Part shown: positions 48,173 to 62,374 of the stretch, piece after piece | Numbering within the stretch: the stretch's first letter is position 1 | Layout: every line of letters begins with the position of its first letter | Assembly (NCBI GenBank): GCA_024234975.1 | Contig: JACKNH010000004.1 | Coordinates: 355,784 to 419,783 of the forward strand | DNA: 64,000 bases | Direction: 5' to 3' | Source of the DNA: Gammaproteobacteria bacterium | GTDB lineage: Bacteria; Pseudomonadota; Gammaproteobacteria; Ga0077536 | Made by a program: the position numbers and the translations under genes | Notes under the pieces: generated by a model | Databases searched by the model: none | What the model was told of the DNA's origin: nothing | The model's input: only the letters and a program-made list of their open reading frames with translations

Positions 48173-48578
48173 CGTGTGGAGAGTGATTGAGTGAAGGTGA
48201 ATTGAAGGACACTGTGACGGCGCCTTCGCGATGTGCGAGGCGGCGGTTATGAATCTAAGTATTGGGCACTGGGGAGGCGCGCCAAAACGTCGGCGGCAGA
48301 AACCTACTGGCGAAAAATAGCACGCATCCCCTTAAAGGTCTAGCCTGCTCCCGCAGGGTTGATGTCGGGTTCGTCGGGTGATGGCCGAAGGGCCGCATAA
48401 TCCATGCGGGGCAGCGGCAATACCTGAAATAGCGTGCGATGACCCCGGCGACTTTAGGGCTGATTTGGCATTGGTACGGTTACTGCCCCAAGGCCGCTGC
48501 GAAACAGGTTGCATACCGGCAAGCGGATTTTGCTGGCAAGGGCCGGTGCCGACGGGCACGGCCCTGCGTCCACCGGAT

Positions 48579-48902
48579 TCAGATATTGCTGTCGATGAAC
48601 GCGGTCAACTGGGACTTGGACAAGGCGCCAACATGCGTGGCAACCACGTTACCTTCCTTGAACAGCATCAGCGTGGGGACACCGCGAATTCCGTATTTCA
48701 TCGAGGTCGACTGATTCTGGTCGACGTCCAGTTTGGCAACCTTGACCTTCCCTTCGTATGACGCTGAAACCTCGTCGAGAATCGGCGCGATCATCTTGCA
48801 CGGGCCGCACCAGGTCGCCCAGTAATCTACGAGCACGGGTTGATCAGATTTGAGGACGTCAGACTCGAAAGAGTCGTCGGAGACGTGGACTATGGTTGTC
48901 AT
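48579..48902 (-). CDS. trxA: Thioredoxin 1
   Basis: [22 protein letters not shown]; 107 aa. Confidence 0.95.
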   Translation of the reverse strand: MTTIVHVSDDSFESDVLKSDQPVLVDYWATWCGPCKMIAPILDEVSASYEGKVKVAKLDVDQNQSTSMKYGIRGVPTLMLFKEGNVVATHVGALSKSQLTAFIDSNI

Positions 48903-48994
48903 GCTTGGGTGAACCCACAGGCTGTTGATACAGCTGCATTTTTGAACGAATGCGCGGGCTATTGCAAGCGAATTGAGCTATCCTGTCGCGCTCT

Positions 48995-50251
48995 ATGGAA
49001 AATTCACTCTCTGACGTCGCGTTTGCAACACTGCCGCTGCATCCAGATTTGCAACGCGGTCTCGCAGACGCCGGCTACGCTTTCTGCACCCCAATCCAGG
49101 CACAGACGCTGCCGGAATCGCTGGCCGGCCACGATGTCATGGGCCAGGCCCAGACCGGGACCGGCAAGACGGCTGCATTTCTGTTGGCGGTCATGGACAG
49201 ACTGTTGCGCCAGCCTGCGCTTGCCGGGCGGGGTGACGCAGACCCGAGGGCGTTGATCGTGGCGCCGACGCGCGAACTCGCGATTCAGATTCACAAGGAC
49301 GCCTTGGTCCTGGGCGGGCATTGCGGTCTGCGTTTCGGATTGGCGTATGGCGGAGTGGATTATGACAAGCAGCGCAAGGCGCTGGTGGATGGCGTGGATG
49401 TGCTGATTGGTACGCCGGGTCGCCTCATTGATTACCACAAGCAACATGTGTTCACGCTCAAGTATGCCCAGGCCGCGGTGCTCGACGAAGCCGACCGCAT
49501 GTTCGATCTTGGATTCATCAAGGACGTACGTTACCTCTTCCGCCGCATGCCGCCGCCCGAACAGCGGTTGAGTATGTTGTTCTCAGCGACCTTGTCCCTG
49601 CGCGTCAGCGAGCTGGCCTACGAACATATGAACAATCCGGTGACCGTGGAAATCGCCCCGGATCGCCGTACTGCCGACAAGGTGACGCAGGTGTTGTACC
49701 ACGTGGCAAGCGAAGAAAAGCTGCCATTGCTGCTGGGCTTGCTGAAGCGTGACGATCCGGCGAGAACGCTGGTGTTCGTCAATACCAAAGCCGCCGCGGC
49801 ACGGGTTGAATCAACGCTGCGCGCCAACGACATCAATGCCAGTGCTTTGTCCGGTGATGTTCCACAGAAAAAGCGTCAGCGCTTGATGACGGATTTTGCC
49901 GAGGGCAACATCGCAGTGCTGGTAGCCACCGACGTCGCCGCCCGCGGATTGCATATTCCGGATGTCAGCCACGTGGTGAATTACGATCTGCCGCAGAATG
50001 CAGAGGACTATGTCCATCGCATCGGCCGTACGGCGCGGGCGGGTGCTTCCGGCGATGCTATCTCACTGGCGTGTGAGGAATACGTATTTTCGCTACCGGA
50101 AATCGAGCATTACATCGGGCACGCGGTGCCTACCTCCGGTTATGACGAATCGATGCTTGCGGACATTAAAATCCCCGAAGGTGAAGGTCGGCGTCGGGGC
50201 AACCGGCCGCACCGTGCCCGCCGCAGTGGGCGACCGCGCCAGCGGGCCTGA
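48995..50251 (+). CDS. rhlB: DEAD-box ATP-dependent RNA helicase RhlB
   Basis: [45 protein letters not shown], and an Arg-rich tail. Divergent from trxA as in E. coli. Confidence 0.85.
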   Translation: MENSLSDVAFATLPLHPDLQRGLADAGYAFCTPIQAQTLPESLAGHDVMGQAQTGTGKTAAFLLAVMDRLLRQPALAGRGDADPRALIVAPTRELAIQIHKDALVLGGHCGLRFGLAYGGVDYDKQRKALVDGVDVLIGTPGRLIDYHKQHVFTLKYAQAAVLDEADRMFDLGFIKDVRYLFRRMPPPEQRLSMLFSATLSLRVSELAYEHMNNPVTVEIAPDRRTADKVTQVLYHVASEEKLPLLLGLLKRDDPARTLVFVNTKAAAARVESTLRANDINASALSGDVPQKKRQRLMTDFAEGNIAVLVATDVAARGLHIPDVSHVVNYDLPQNAEDYVHRIGRTARAGASGDAISLACEEYVFSLPEIEHYIGHAVPTSGYDESMLADIKIPEGEGRRRGNRPHRARRSGRPRQRA

Positions 50252-50293
50252 ATTCAACGTACATACAAGTTTTTTCAGGATGACGATTGCGCT

Positions 50294-50449
50294 ATGAACC
50301 GTCCACGTTATTTGTTGTGGATTTTGTTGCCGATTGCGCTGGTGGTATCACTGCTCGGAGGATGTGGCCAGAAGGGCGATCTATATCTGCCCGATGAGCC
50401 CCGCGACCAATCCGCGGTCGGCATCGAAACCGCTGAACGACCGGCCTGA
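50294..50449 (+). CDS. lptM: Small lipoprotein LptM (YifL family), 51 aa, not in the supplied ORF track
   Basis: My own translation is MNRPRYLLWILLPIALVVSLLGGCGQKGDLYLPDEPRDQSAVGIETAERPA. It has the lipobox LLGGC and the conserved GQKG.LYLP motif, and sits directly upstream of lysA as in many proteobacteria. Confidence 0.7.
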   Translation: MNRPRYLLWILLPIALVVSLLGGCGQKGDLYLPDEPRDQSAVGIETAERPA

Positions 50450-50453
50450 ATCC

Positions 50454-51698
50454 GTGAGTTTCTTCAATTATCAGAACGGGCAGCTTTACCTGGAGCAGGT
50501 TCAACTGAACGATGTTGTCGCCCGGTTCGGTACCCCTTGCTACGTCTACTCCAAGGCGTGCATCGAAGCGAATTTCGCCCAGTACCGCACGGCACTTGCC
50601 CATCGTAACCATAAAATCCTCTACGCGGTAAAGGCCAATTCCAACCTGGCCATCCTGCAACTATTGGCGAAAGCAGGCGCCGGGTTTGACATCGTCTCCG
50701 GTGGTGAACTGGCGCGTGTGCTGATGGCCGGTGGCAATGCGGCGGATACGGCGTTTGCCGGCGTTGGCAAGACCCGCGCCGAAATCGAATACGCGCTGGC
50801 GCAGGGCATAGGATGCTTCAATGTCGAATCGACCAATGAACTGAAGCTGCTGAGCCAGGTTGCCACTGCAATGGGCCGCACCGCGCCGATCGCCATCCGG
50901 ATCAATCCTGACGTCGATCCCAAGACGCATCCCTATATCGCAACCGGTCTGCGTGAAAACAAGTTCGGCATTCCGATAGATGATGGTCTGGAAGTCTACC
51001 GGCTGGCACGTTCCCTGCCGGGGCTGGAAATCACCGGTGTCTGTTGCCATATCGGTTCGCAGTTGACCGACCTCACGCCTTATCTCGATGCCGTTTCGAG
51101 GGTCATAAGCCTGGTGGACAGCCTGGCTGCCGACGGCATCCATTTGCATCACCTGGACGTCGGCGGCGGTGTCGGCATCGGTTACGTGGAAGATGCGCCA
51201 AAGCTGAGCGTTGGCGAATTCTGCGCGGCCATGGACAAGCTGGTCGACCGCCGGCTGGCCTTGCATATGGAGCCGGGACGATCCATCGTAGGCGCGGCCG
51301 GTACACTGTTGACCGAAGTCGTATATCTGAAGCAGGCACCGGAGCGTCGCTTTGCCGTGGTAGACGCGGCGATGAATGACCTGATGCGTCCCGCGCTCTA
51401 TCAGGCGTGGCACCGCATCGTTCCGTTGACCCAACGCAACGATGACGGCGTCGACTATGACATCGTCGGACCGGTATGCGAGTCTGCGGACGTTCTGGGG
51501 CGAAGTCGAAGGCTCGCTATTGCAGAAGGTGACTGCCTGGCGATTCTGGATGCCGGCGCCTACGGATTTGTGATGGCGTCAAACTACAATACCCGGCCGC
51601 GTCCGCCTGAGGTATTGGTGGACGGCGGGCGCGCGAACCTGGTGCGACAGCGCGAACAGTTTGATGACTTGGTGCGCGGCGAGCAATTATTGGGCTGA
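50454..51698 (+). CDS. lysA: Diaminopimelate decarboxylase
   Basis: YAVKANSNLAIL (PLP Lys), HIGSQ, DVGGGVGI, EPGRSIVG, CESAD. I chose the GTG start at 50454; the listed ORF starts upstream and would overlap lptM. Confidence 0.9.
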   Translation: MSFFNYQNGQLYLEQVQLNDVVARFGTPCYVYSKACIEANFAQYRTALAHRNHKILYAVKANSNLAILQLLAKAGAGFDIVSGGELARVLMAGGNAADTAFAGVGKTRAEIEYALAQGIGCFNVESTNELKLLSQVATAMGRTAPIAIRINPDVDPKTHPYIATGLRENKFGIPIDDGLEVYRLARSLPGLEITGVCCHIGSQLTDLTPYLDAVSRVISLVDSLAADGIHLHHLDVGGGVGIGYVEDAPKLSVGEFCAAMDKLVDRRLALHMEPGRSIVGAAGTLLTEVVYLKQAPERRFAVVDAAMNDLMRPALYQAWHRIVPLTQRNDDGVDYDIVGPVCESADVLGRSRRLAIAEGDCLAILDAGAYGFVMASNYNTRPRPPEVLVDGGRANLVRQREQFDDLVRGEQLLG

Positions 51699-51730
51699 TC
51701 GCACCAAAATAGTTCTTCTTGTAAGGCATG

Positions 51731-51747
51731 CGCACCACGGTAGTGCA
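51731..51747 (+). promoter_or_regulatory. Candidate NtrC binding site upstream of glnA
   Basis: CGCACCACGGTAGTGCA matches 10 of 12 specified positions of the consensus TGCACC-N5-GGTGCA. It is centred about 60 bp upstream of the sigma-54 element. Confidence 0.4.
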
Positions 51748-51798
51748 ATTGTCGCTGGCTGGGCGCAGAATGAGTCCCAAGAATCAATGGCTTGCCTG

Positions 51799-51814
51799 TG
51801 GCACATAGCTTGCT
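51799..51814 (+). promoter_or_regulatory. Sigma-54 (-24/-12) promoter, presumed glnAp2
   Basis: TGGCAC-ATAGC-TTGCT has exact GG/GC spacing. It lies about 290 nt upstream of the glnA ATG. Confidence 0.6.
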
Positions 51815-52100
51815 TACGGTACGGGACGCAAACGCTTCCCATGGCCCACCAGGCTGAGGCGGTGAGCAGCGAGCTTTCCCGCGAGCAGGTCTTCCGGAAG
51901 ATGAGCAGTCACGTGGCATCTGTATTCCATGGTGACCTCCGGATCATTTGTCTGCCAGGGAGCAATGGTTGGTTGGCGACGCTTCGGGTCGCAGATTGAA
52001 TACGATGTGGCGTGGCCGACGGTACATAACAAGGCACGCGGGGATGTTGTTCTGATTGTTTGAATCTATTGCGAGTAATCGCTTCGGAGGAGTGTTAGAG

Positions 52101-53510
52101 ATGTCCAGAGATGATGTTTTCAAGCTGATTAAAGATGAAGACGTGAAGTATGTCGACCTGCGGTTCGCCGATACCAAAGGCAAGGAACAGCACGTCACGA
52201 TTCCGGCCCGCTACGTCGATGATGAGTTTTTTGACGATGGCAAGATGTTCGATGGTTCGTCGATTTCAGGTTGGAAGGGCATCAACGAATCCGACATGAT
52301 CCTCATGCCCGATGCGGATACCGCTGTGATGGATCCGTTCTTCGAAGACAGCACCGTCATCATCCGCTGCGATGTTGTCGAGCCGTCAACCGGTCAGGGC
52401 TACGAGCGTTGCCCGCGTTCGCTGGCAAAGCGGGCGGAAGCTTACTTGAGCTCAACCGGTATCGGTGACAAGGCCTACTTCGGTCCCGAACCCGAGTTCT
52501 TCATTTTCGACGATGTACGCTGGGCCTCATCGGTCAATCAGTCGTTCTACAAGATTGATTCCAGCGAAGGTTCCTGGGCCTCCGAGCGCGTGTTCGAAGA
52601 CGGCAATATCGGTCACCGTCCGACGATCAAAGGCGGCTATTTCCCGGTTCCGCCGGTGGATTCCCTACAGGACGTGCGTTCTGCGATGTGCGAAATCATG
52701 GAGCGCATGGGCGTGCCGGTGGAAGTGCACCACCACGAAGTGGCAACCGCGGGCCAGTGCGAAATCGGCACCGTGTTCGATACGCTGGTCAAGCGCGCCG
52801 ATGCCGTGCTGACCATGAAATACGTCATTCACAACGTTGCGCATAACTACGGCAAGACGGTTACGTTCATGCCCAAGCCGCTGGTAGGCGACAACGGCAA
52901 TGGCATGCATGTGCACCAGTCCATCGCGAAGGGCAAAGAAAACCTGTTTGCCGGTGACGAGTACGGCGGCCTGTCGAAAACCGCGCTGTATTACATCGGT
53001 GGCATTATCAAGCATGCGCGTTCGCTGAACGCTTTCACCAATCCGTCGACCAACAGCTACAAGCGTCTGGTGCCGGGTTTTGAAGCGCCGGTCATGCTGG
53101 CCTATTCGGCGCGCAATCGCTCTGCGTCCATCCGTATTCCATGGGTTTCCAGCCCGAAAGCGCGTCGTATCGAGGTGCGCTTCCCAGATGCGTCATCCAA
53201 CCCGTATTTCGCATTTGCGGCGATGATGATGGCTGGTCTGGACGGCATCAAGAACAAGATCGACCCGGGCGAAGCCATGGACAAGGACTTGTATGACCTG
53301 CCGCCGGAAGAAGAGAAGAAGATCCCGACCGTGTGCCATGCGCTCGACCAGGCGTTAGCCGCGCTGGATGCCGACCGGGCGTACCTGAAAGCCGGCGATG
53401 TCTTCTCCGACGATATGATCGATGCCTATATCGATTTGAAGATGCAGGACGTCACCCGTCTGCGCATGACGACGCATCCCGTCGAATTCGACATGTACTA
53501 CAGCTTGTAA
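52101..53510 (+). CDS. glnA: Glutamine synthetase type I
   Basis: [21 protein letters not shown], the adenylylation-site context [26 protein letters not shown]; 469 aa. Confidence 0.95.
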   Translation: MSRDDVFKLIKDEDVKYVDLRFADTKGKEQHVTIPARYVDDEFFDDGKMFDGSSISGWKGINESDMILMPDADTAVMDPFFEDSTVIIRCDVVEPSTGQGYERCPRSLAKRAEAYLSSTGIGDKAYFGPEPEFFIFDDVRWASSVNQSFYKIDSSEGSWASERVFEDGNIGHRPTIKGGYFPVPPVDSLQDVRSAMCEIMERMGVPVEVHHHEVATAGQCEIGTVFDTLVKRADAVLTMKYVIHNVAHNYGKTVTFMPKPLVGDNGNGMHVHQSIAKGKENLFAGDEYGGLSKTALYYIGGIIKHARSLNAFTNPSTNSYKRLVPGFEAPVMLAYSARNRSASIRIPWVSSPKARRIEVRFPDASSNPYFAFAAMMMAGLDGIKNKIDPGEAMDKDLYDLPPEEEKKIPTVCHALDQALAALDADRAYLKAGDVFSDDMIDAYIDLKMQDVTRLRMTTHPVEFDMYYSL

Positions 53511-53562
53511 GTCGATACTCGAACGGCATTTCGCAGTCACTCACGGCTGCATGAAACGGAAC

Positions 53563-53595
53563 CCCCGCCGGTTTTACCGACGGGGGTTTTTCTTT
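53563..53595 (+). terminator. Rho-independent terminator after glnA
   Basis: cccccgccgg-tttta-ccgacggggg (one mismatch) followed by TTTTTCTTT. Confidence 0.75.
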
Positions 53596-53669
53596 ATGCG
53601 TCGCATTTGCGGTACACGGCTGGCCGCGCGGACTATTGCGATTTGGTGGAACCGGGCTATCCTCGGGGC

Positions 53670-54248
53670 ATGCGAAACATATTCGATCGATTCCACATTG
53701 CATTGGCTGCAACATGCCTGGCGGCAGGCGCCGCGACGTTGATACCGTCGCAGGTGGTGGCGGAGGCCTACCGATCCGTCGATGAAAACGGCAATGTCGT
53801 CTATTCAGATCGACCGACGCCTGGAGCCGAGCGCATCCCAACGCCATCCGCGCAAACCGTGCCTATGCCGACGCCGGTACCCATGGCCGGGACGAGCCAG
53901 GCGGGCAAGACCAAGGCCGCCAGTGCCTACCTCACCTTTGCCGTGATTCAGCCCGCGCCTGAAAAGACCGTGCGCGACAACAACGGCAACGTCGACGTCA
54001 GCCTCCTCATTGAACCCTCCCTGGACCGGGACAAGCAGCACCAGATTCGAATCTATCTTGACCGGCGTATCTGGGGTGAGCCGATGACCGACAACGAAGT
54101 GACCTTGACGGACATTGATCGGGGTGCGCATCAGGTTGCCGCAATCATCGTCGACGCGGACGGCAAAACCGTTGCTGAGACCGCGCCAATCACCTTCTAT
54201 CTCCATCGCGGTTCGGTATTGGCACCAGGACGGGCCCGCGCGCCCTGA
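53670..54248 (+). CDS. DUF4124-domain periplasmic protein
   Basis: Signal peptide, then AYRSVDENGNVVYSDRPTPGAERI (the DUF4124 motif Y.W.D..G...YSD.P). Confidence 0.6.
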   Translation: MRNIFDRFHIALAATCLAAGAATLIPSQVVAEAYRSVDENGNVVYSDRPTPGAERIPTPSAQTVPMPTPVPMAGTSQAGKTKAASAYLTFAVIQPAPEKTVRDNNGNVDVSLLIEPSLDRDKQHQIRIYLDRRIWGEPMTDNEVTLTDIDRGAHQVAAIIVDADGKTVAETAPITFYLHRGSVLAPGRARAP

Positions 54249-54469
54249 TTGGATACGTCCGCCTCGCTGTATACCGCCACTTTCGGCGATTCCGCACCAA
54301 CGAGTACTCCGCCGCCCCAGGGCCGATGCACCATGGAACAGCTGGTCTGCTTCTTGCACGTAAACAGGTAGGGTGAAACCCCGGTTTGCATTGAACTGGC
54401 GCAAGTTACTGATTTAGCGCAGTTCCTGGCGCGTCGTTCCGTCGAAGCGACAGATTCTCGTGTGCATCT

Positions 54470-54486
54470 TGCACTATAATTGTGCA
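54470..54486 (+). promoter_or_regulatory. NtrC-type palindrome overlapping a TATAAT box (presumed autoregulated glnL promoter)
   Basis: TGCAC-TATAATT-GTGCA lies 35 nt upstream of the ntrB ATG. It matches 10 of 12 positions of TGCACC-N5-GGTGCA and contains a perfect -10 hexamer. Confidence 0.5.
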
Positions 54487-54520
54487 AATTGTCGTCGGGT
54501 TGGAGATTGTTGGGTAAAAG

Positions 54521-55575
54521 ATGGATCCGGATGTTCTTATCGACCTGCTGAGCACAGCCGTCCTGGTGTTGGACCGCAACGGGAAGGTCGAGCGGATGAA
54601 CCTGACCGCGGAGACCATGCTGTCCGTCAGCGAGACCCACGCCATCGGAATGCCCCTCGACCAGGTGTTTCCCGGTCTGCCGGCCTTTGTGGCGACGATA
54701 ACCCGTGCCCTGCGCGAAGGGCAGACCCTGACCGAACGCGATCTGGAGATACGGATGCCAGGTGTTGCCGCCCCCAGGATTGCCGACTGCACCGTTACGC
54801 CGCTGCTGACGGCAACGGCCGCTGCCAATGGCGCCATCGTCGAACTGACGGACGTATCGCACCACCAGCGCATCCAGAATGATGAAAACATGACCACCCA
54901 GAGCCAGATCACCAACAATCTTCTGCGCGGGCTCGCGCACGAAGTGAAGAATCCTCTGGGTGGCATACGAGGCGCCGCGCAGTTGCTGGAGCGTGCGCTG
55001 CCCGGGAACGAGTTCCGCGAGTACACCGAGATCATCATCAGCGAAACGGACCGCCTGCGTTCACTGGTCGATCGAATGCTGGGACCGAGCGAATCGATCA
55101 ATCTGACGCCACTGAATCCGTACACAGTGATCGAGCGCGTGCGACAACTCGTCGAGGCTGAGACGGGCGGTAACGTCGCGTTGATCCGTGATTACGATCC
55201 CAGCCTGCCCGACATCAAGGGCGATCGCGACATGCTGGTCCAGGCCTTGCTGAACATAGTTCGCAACGCCGTCCACGCCGTCTCCGAATCCGGAGGTACG
55301 GTAACACTGCGTACACGCGTCCAACGTAAATTCACAATCGGTACCAAAGTGCATCGCCTGGTGGTCCGTGTTGACGTCGTCGACAACGGTCCCGGCGTTC
55401 CACCAGATATCGCAAGCAGCATCTTCTTTCCCATGGTATCCGGTCATGCGAGTGGCTCCGGGCTGGGCCTGCCCATCGCCAACACGCTGGTACATCGCCA
55501 TGGGGGCTTGATTGGATTCAAAAGTGAACCGGGCAATACGGTATTCACCGTGTGGCTGCCGGCGGAGACACGCAA

Positions 55576-55579
<4 letters not shown>
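54521..55579 (+). CDS. glnL: Nitrogen regulation sensor kinase NtrB
   Basis: N-terminal PAS, H-box LLRGLAHEVKNPLGGIRGAAQLL, N and G boxes (NIVRNAVHA, DNGPGVP, GSGLGL). Confidence 0.9.
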
Positions 55580-58727
<3,148 letters not shown>

Positions 58728-58731
<4 letters not shown>

Positions 58732-59258
58732 GATGGTTTCTTGACCGCGTAGTCGACAATCTTTCCCATGTCGGAAACGACCACTGCGTTGCGCGTATCA
58801 ACGCCCGATGTCGCCCTTCCGGACGGTGCGATGAGAATCGGCAGCGCGCCAATCTCGCGCGCCAGCGACAGCTCGTCGGCGCGGGTGGTGACCAGACCGA
58901 TTTCGCTGGCAGGCAATTTCAACCGGTCCAGCAACTGCGCCAGTATGCCTTCGGTCGGCGAGTGGCAGTCGCAACCCGCGTCACGTTCGTGCGGGCAATA
59001 AATAATGGCTTCCAGCCTGCCGCCGAGTTCACTGACCGCACCCAGCATCGCCAGGTGCAAGGTATTGACCTGTTCAACATCGACACGGTGCGGACGGTGA
59101 TCAGACAAATGTGCAAAAGCAACGCAACGGACACCTTCACGCGTCGCGGTCGCAATTGCTTCCAGCGAATCCGTAAGCGGCTCGAACTTTTCCTGCCAGT
59201 CACCGAAAGGCGTGCCGGAGTTGATCACGCCATCCCGGGCGAGGAGCAGCAGTTTCAT
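58728..59258 (-). CDS. GmhB-like HAD-IIIA protein (heptose bisphosphate phosphatase family) with degenerate catalytic motifs
   Basis: The GmhB-type Zn motif YCPHERDAGCDC is present, and the position (glyQS-x-plsC) matches gmhB in Pseudomonas-type genomes. However, motif I reads LLLARDGVIN (expected DRDGT) and CRKP reads CHSP. Confidence 0.6.
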
Positions 59259-61327
59259 CCTGGCAGTCTCGAGATGTCTGCCACCTGACACAGGACGTGG
59301 CGAAGCGCAGTCAACAACGCAAGCCGGTTACGCTGAATGTCAGGGTTTTCATCCATAACCAGTACAGTATCAAAGAATTTGTCGACCTGAGGACGGATTT
59401 GGGCCAATTGCGCCAGCACCGCAGGGTAGTCTGCCGCGGCGAGCACAGGTTGCAGGCGCTCACTCAAGTCCGTCAGAGCCTGGAATAAATCTCGTTCGGC
59501 CGGTTCCATCAGCAGATTCTCACGCACCGGCGGCAGCGATTGGGCTTCGTTCTTGCGCAGGATATTGGCAGCGCGCTTGTTTGCGGCAGCCAGGGCAGCG
59601 GCATCAGCTTGTCCGCGGAACGCAGTCACCGCCCGGACGCGGCGGTCAAAATCGAGCGGATCGCAAATATCGAGAGCTTTGACCGATTCAAACGAATCGT
59701 GATCGGCGCCGTGGTCGAGGCAATATCCACGCAGGCGTTCGATGGTGAATGCCAGTGCCTCGCGCGCCTTCACGCCATCGATCCGTTCGCCGTACGCCGT
59801 GATGCTCTCGTCGATCAATGCCGACAGATTGAGCGAGAGTTGTTTCTCAACCGCGATGCGCAGAATAGCCACCGCATGGCGCCGCAGTGCAAACGGATCC
59901 TTGTCGCCGGTCGGTTCCTTGCCAATACCGAAGATTCCGACAATGGTGTCTATGCGATCCGCCAGCGACACACACTGCCCAACCGTGGTTTGCGGTAACT
60001 CATCGCCAGCAAACCGAGGCTGGTAGAATTCGGAAATCGCGCGTGCCACTGGCGCAGGTTCACCGCTTGCGGTGGCATAGTAGCCACCCATGGTGCCCTG
60101 CAATTCGGGGAATTCACCGACCATGCCCGTTGTCAGATCACAGCGTGAAAGCAGTGCGGCGCGTTCCACCAACTCCGGTTCGGAATCAAACTGGATCGCA
60201 AGCCGGACTGCGAGCGCTATCACGCGATCAGTCTTGTCACGCAATGTGCCCAGTTGCTTCTCGAATACCATGTTGGCCAACGAGCCGAGGCGGTCAACCA
60301 ATGCAATCTTCTGGTCCTGGGTGAAGAAGAATGCTGCATCTGTCAGGCGTGGGCGGATCACGCGCTGGTTACCTTCCACGATGCGTTGCGGCTCGGGACT
60401 GTCGATGTTGGCAACGGTGATGAAACGCGCGAGCAACTCGCCTTCACTGTTGATCAACGGAAAATAGCGCTGATGCTCCTGCATCGTGGCTATCAACACT
60501 TCCGTTGGCAGTTTCAGGAATTCCTCATCGAATTCACCTGACAGCGGAACAGGCCACTCCGTCAGCGCTGTCACTTCATCCAGCAGGTCAGGATCGATGA
60601 CTGCCGTGGCGCCGACGGTAGTGGCACATGCAGTTACGCCGCTTTCGATGATTTCGCGGCGCTCGGCGAAGTCGGCAATGACGTGCCCCTCTGTCCTCAG
60701 GCGCGCCGCATATTGGGTGGGTGATGCGAGTTCAATCGCCTGGGGTGCAAGAAAACGGTGGCCAAACGTGAGTTTGCCGCTTTCACGACCAAGGATGGTG
60801 CCAGGCACGACGTCGCCACCGTAGAGCATGACCAGCCAGTGAACGGGGCGAACAAACTCGATGTCGGAATCCCCCCAGCGCATGCGCTTGGGAATCGGCA
60901 ACTGGTTCAATGCATCGGCGACGACGTCGGGCAGCAACTGCGCCAGCGGCTTGCCGGTTTCGGTGGCGTTGTGCGCAAGCCACTCGCCCTTGTCGGTCTT
61001 GACTGTGCCCAGTGCGGAAAATTCGACACCGCACGACCGGGCAAAGCCGAGCGCCGCTTTGCTGGGTTGGCCATCGGCACCATACGCCGCGGCCAGCGCC
61101 GGCCCGCGCTTTTCGATGTTCCGGGTCGGCTGTGCGGCCGCGACATCAGTGATATGTAGTGCAAGCCGGCGTGGCGTGGCGAAGGCTTTGACATCGCCGT
61201 GGGCAATTTCAAGCTTGTTCATGCGCTGTTGGACGCCATCGGCAAACGCCTGGCTGATTCTCAACAGGGCCTTGGGCGGCAGTTCCTCAGTGCCGATTTC
61301 TATAAGCAGTTCCGCAGTTTGGGTCAT
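59255..61327 (-). CDS. glyS: Glycine--tRNA ligase beta subunit
   Basis: LLIEIGTEELPPK ... TPRRLA ... FITVANI ... RPRLTDAAFF; 690 aa, directly after glyQ. Confidence 0.95.
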   Translation of the reverse strand: MTQTAELLIEIGTEELPPKALLRISQAFADGVQQRMNKLEIAHGDVKAFATPRRLALHITDVAAAQPTRNIEKRGPALAAAYGADGQPSKAALGFARSCGVEFSALGTVKTDKGEWLAHNATETGKPLAQLLPDVVADALNQLPIPKRMRWGDSDIEFVRPVHWLVMLYGGDVVPGTILGRESGKLTFGHRFLAPQAIELASPTQYAARLRTEGHVIADFAERREIIESGVTACATTVGATAVIDPDLLDEVTALTEWPVPLSGEFDEEFLKLPTEVLIATMQEHQRYFPLINSEGELLARFITVANIDSPEPQRIVEGNQRVIRPRLTDAAFFFTQDQKIALVDRLGSLANMVFEKQLGTLRDKTDRVIALAVRLAIQFDSEPELVERAALLSRCDLTTGMVGEFPELQGTMGGYYATASGEPAPVARAISEFYQPRFAGDELPQTTVGQCVSLADRIDTIVGIFGIGKEPTGDKDPFALRRHAVAILRIAVEKQLSLNLSALIDESITAYGERIDGVKAREALAFTIERLRGYCLDHGADHDSFESVKALDICDPLDFDRRVRAVTAFRGQADAAALAAANKRAANILRKNEAQSLPPVRENLLMEPAERDLFQALTDLSERLQPVLAAADYPAVLAQLAQIRPQVDKFFDTVLVMDENPDIQRNRLALLTALRHVLCQVADISRLPG

Positions 61328-61339
61328 CGGCCGGATCCT

Positions 61340-62242
61340 TCAGGAATTTTCCGCGCACATCGGAAAGCCGAGAGCCGCGCGTGCATCGTAATAAGCCTGG
61401 GCAACGGCACGCGCCAGCGTGCGGACGCGAAGGATATAGCTTTGACGTTCAGTCACCGATATCGCGCGCCGGGCGTCCAGCAGGTTGAAGGTGTGGGATG
61501 CCTTGAGCATCATCTCATAGGCCGGTAGTGGCAAATTCAGGCCGATCAGCCGGCTGGATTCAGCCTCGCAGGTGTTGAACGAGTCGAACAGGCTGGCCGT
61601 ATCGGCATGTTCAAAGTTGTATGCCGACATCTCCACCTCGTTCTGATGGTAAACGTCGCCATAGCTCACGCGCCGACCGTTGCTCATGGTCCATAGCAGG
61701 TCATAGACGTTGTCCACGTTCTGCAGGTACATGGCGATTCGCTCCAGTCCGTAGGTGAGTTCGCCGGAAACCGGGCGGCAGTCCAGGCCGCCTACCTGCT
61801 GAAAGTACGTGAACTGCGATATTTCCATGCCGTTGGCCCAGACTTCCCATCCAAGCCCCCAGGCGCCCAGCGTCGGCGATTCCCAGTTGTCTTCAACGAA
61901 CCGGATATCGTGAATTTTGGTGTCTATGCCGAGTGCGGTCAGCGAGTCGAGGTACAACTGCTGAATGTCCACCGGCGAAGGCTTGAGAATCACCTGAAAC
62001 TGATAGAAGTGCTGGAGGCGATTGGGATTTTCGCCATAACGGCCGTCAGTCGGGCGGCGCGATGGTTGGACATAGGCGCAGCGCCAGGGCTCCGGACCTA
62101 TGGCGCGCAGAAATGTGCCAGGATGAAAAGTACCGGCACCCATTTCCATGTCGTAGGGTTGCGCGATAACGCATCCCCGGTCCGACCAGAATTGTTGCAA
62201 GCGAAAAATAAGTTCTTGAAATGTCTTGGGACTCTGCGCCAC
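61340..62242 (-). CDS. glyQ: Glycine--tRNA ligase alpha subunit
   Basis: [34 protein letters not shown] ... [28 protein letters not shown]-like sequence. GTG start. Confidence 0.95.
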   Translation of the reverse strand: MAQSPKTFQELIFRLQQFWSDRGCVIAQPYDMEMGAGTFHPGTFLRAIGPEPWRCAYVQPSRRPTDGRYGENPNRLQHFYQFQVILKPSPVDIQQLYLDSLTALGIDTKIHDIRFVEDNWESPTLGAWGLGWEVWANGMEISQFTYFQQVGGLDCRPVSGELTYGLERIAMYLQNVDNVYDLLWTMSNGRRVSYGDVYHQNEVEMSAYNFEHADTASLFDSFNTCEAESSRLIGLNLPLPAYEMMLKASHTFNLLDARRAISVTERQSYILRVRTLARAVAQAYYDARAALGFPMCAENS

Positions 62243-62374
62243 TTCTTTGACACCCGCAGTGCAATGAGCGCGCCAGTATAGTGGCTTACCTGCGCCCGCG
62301 CATCTGCTCGCATGCGGTCAAGATCGCCCCTTCCTGGCCGATAGTCTGGGGTGATTTTTCAGGCGATTCTCAAG

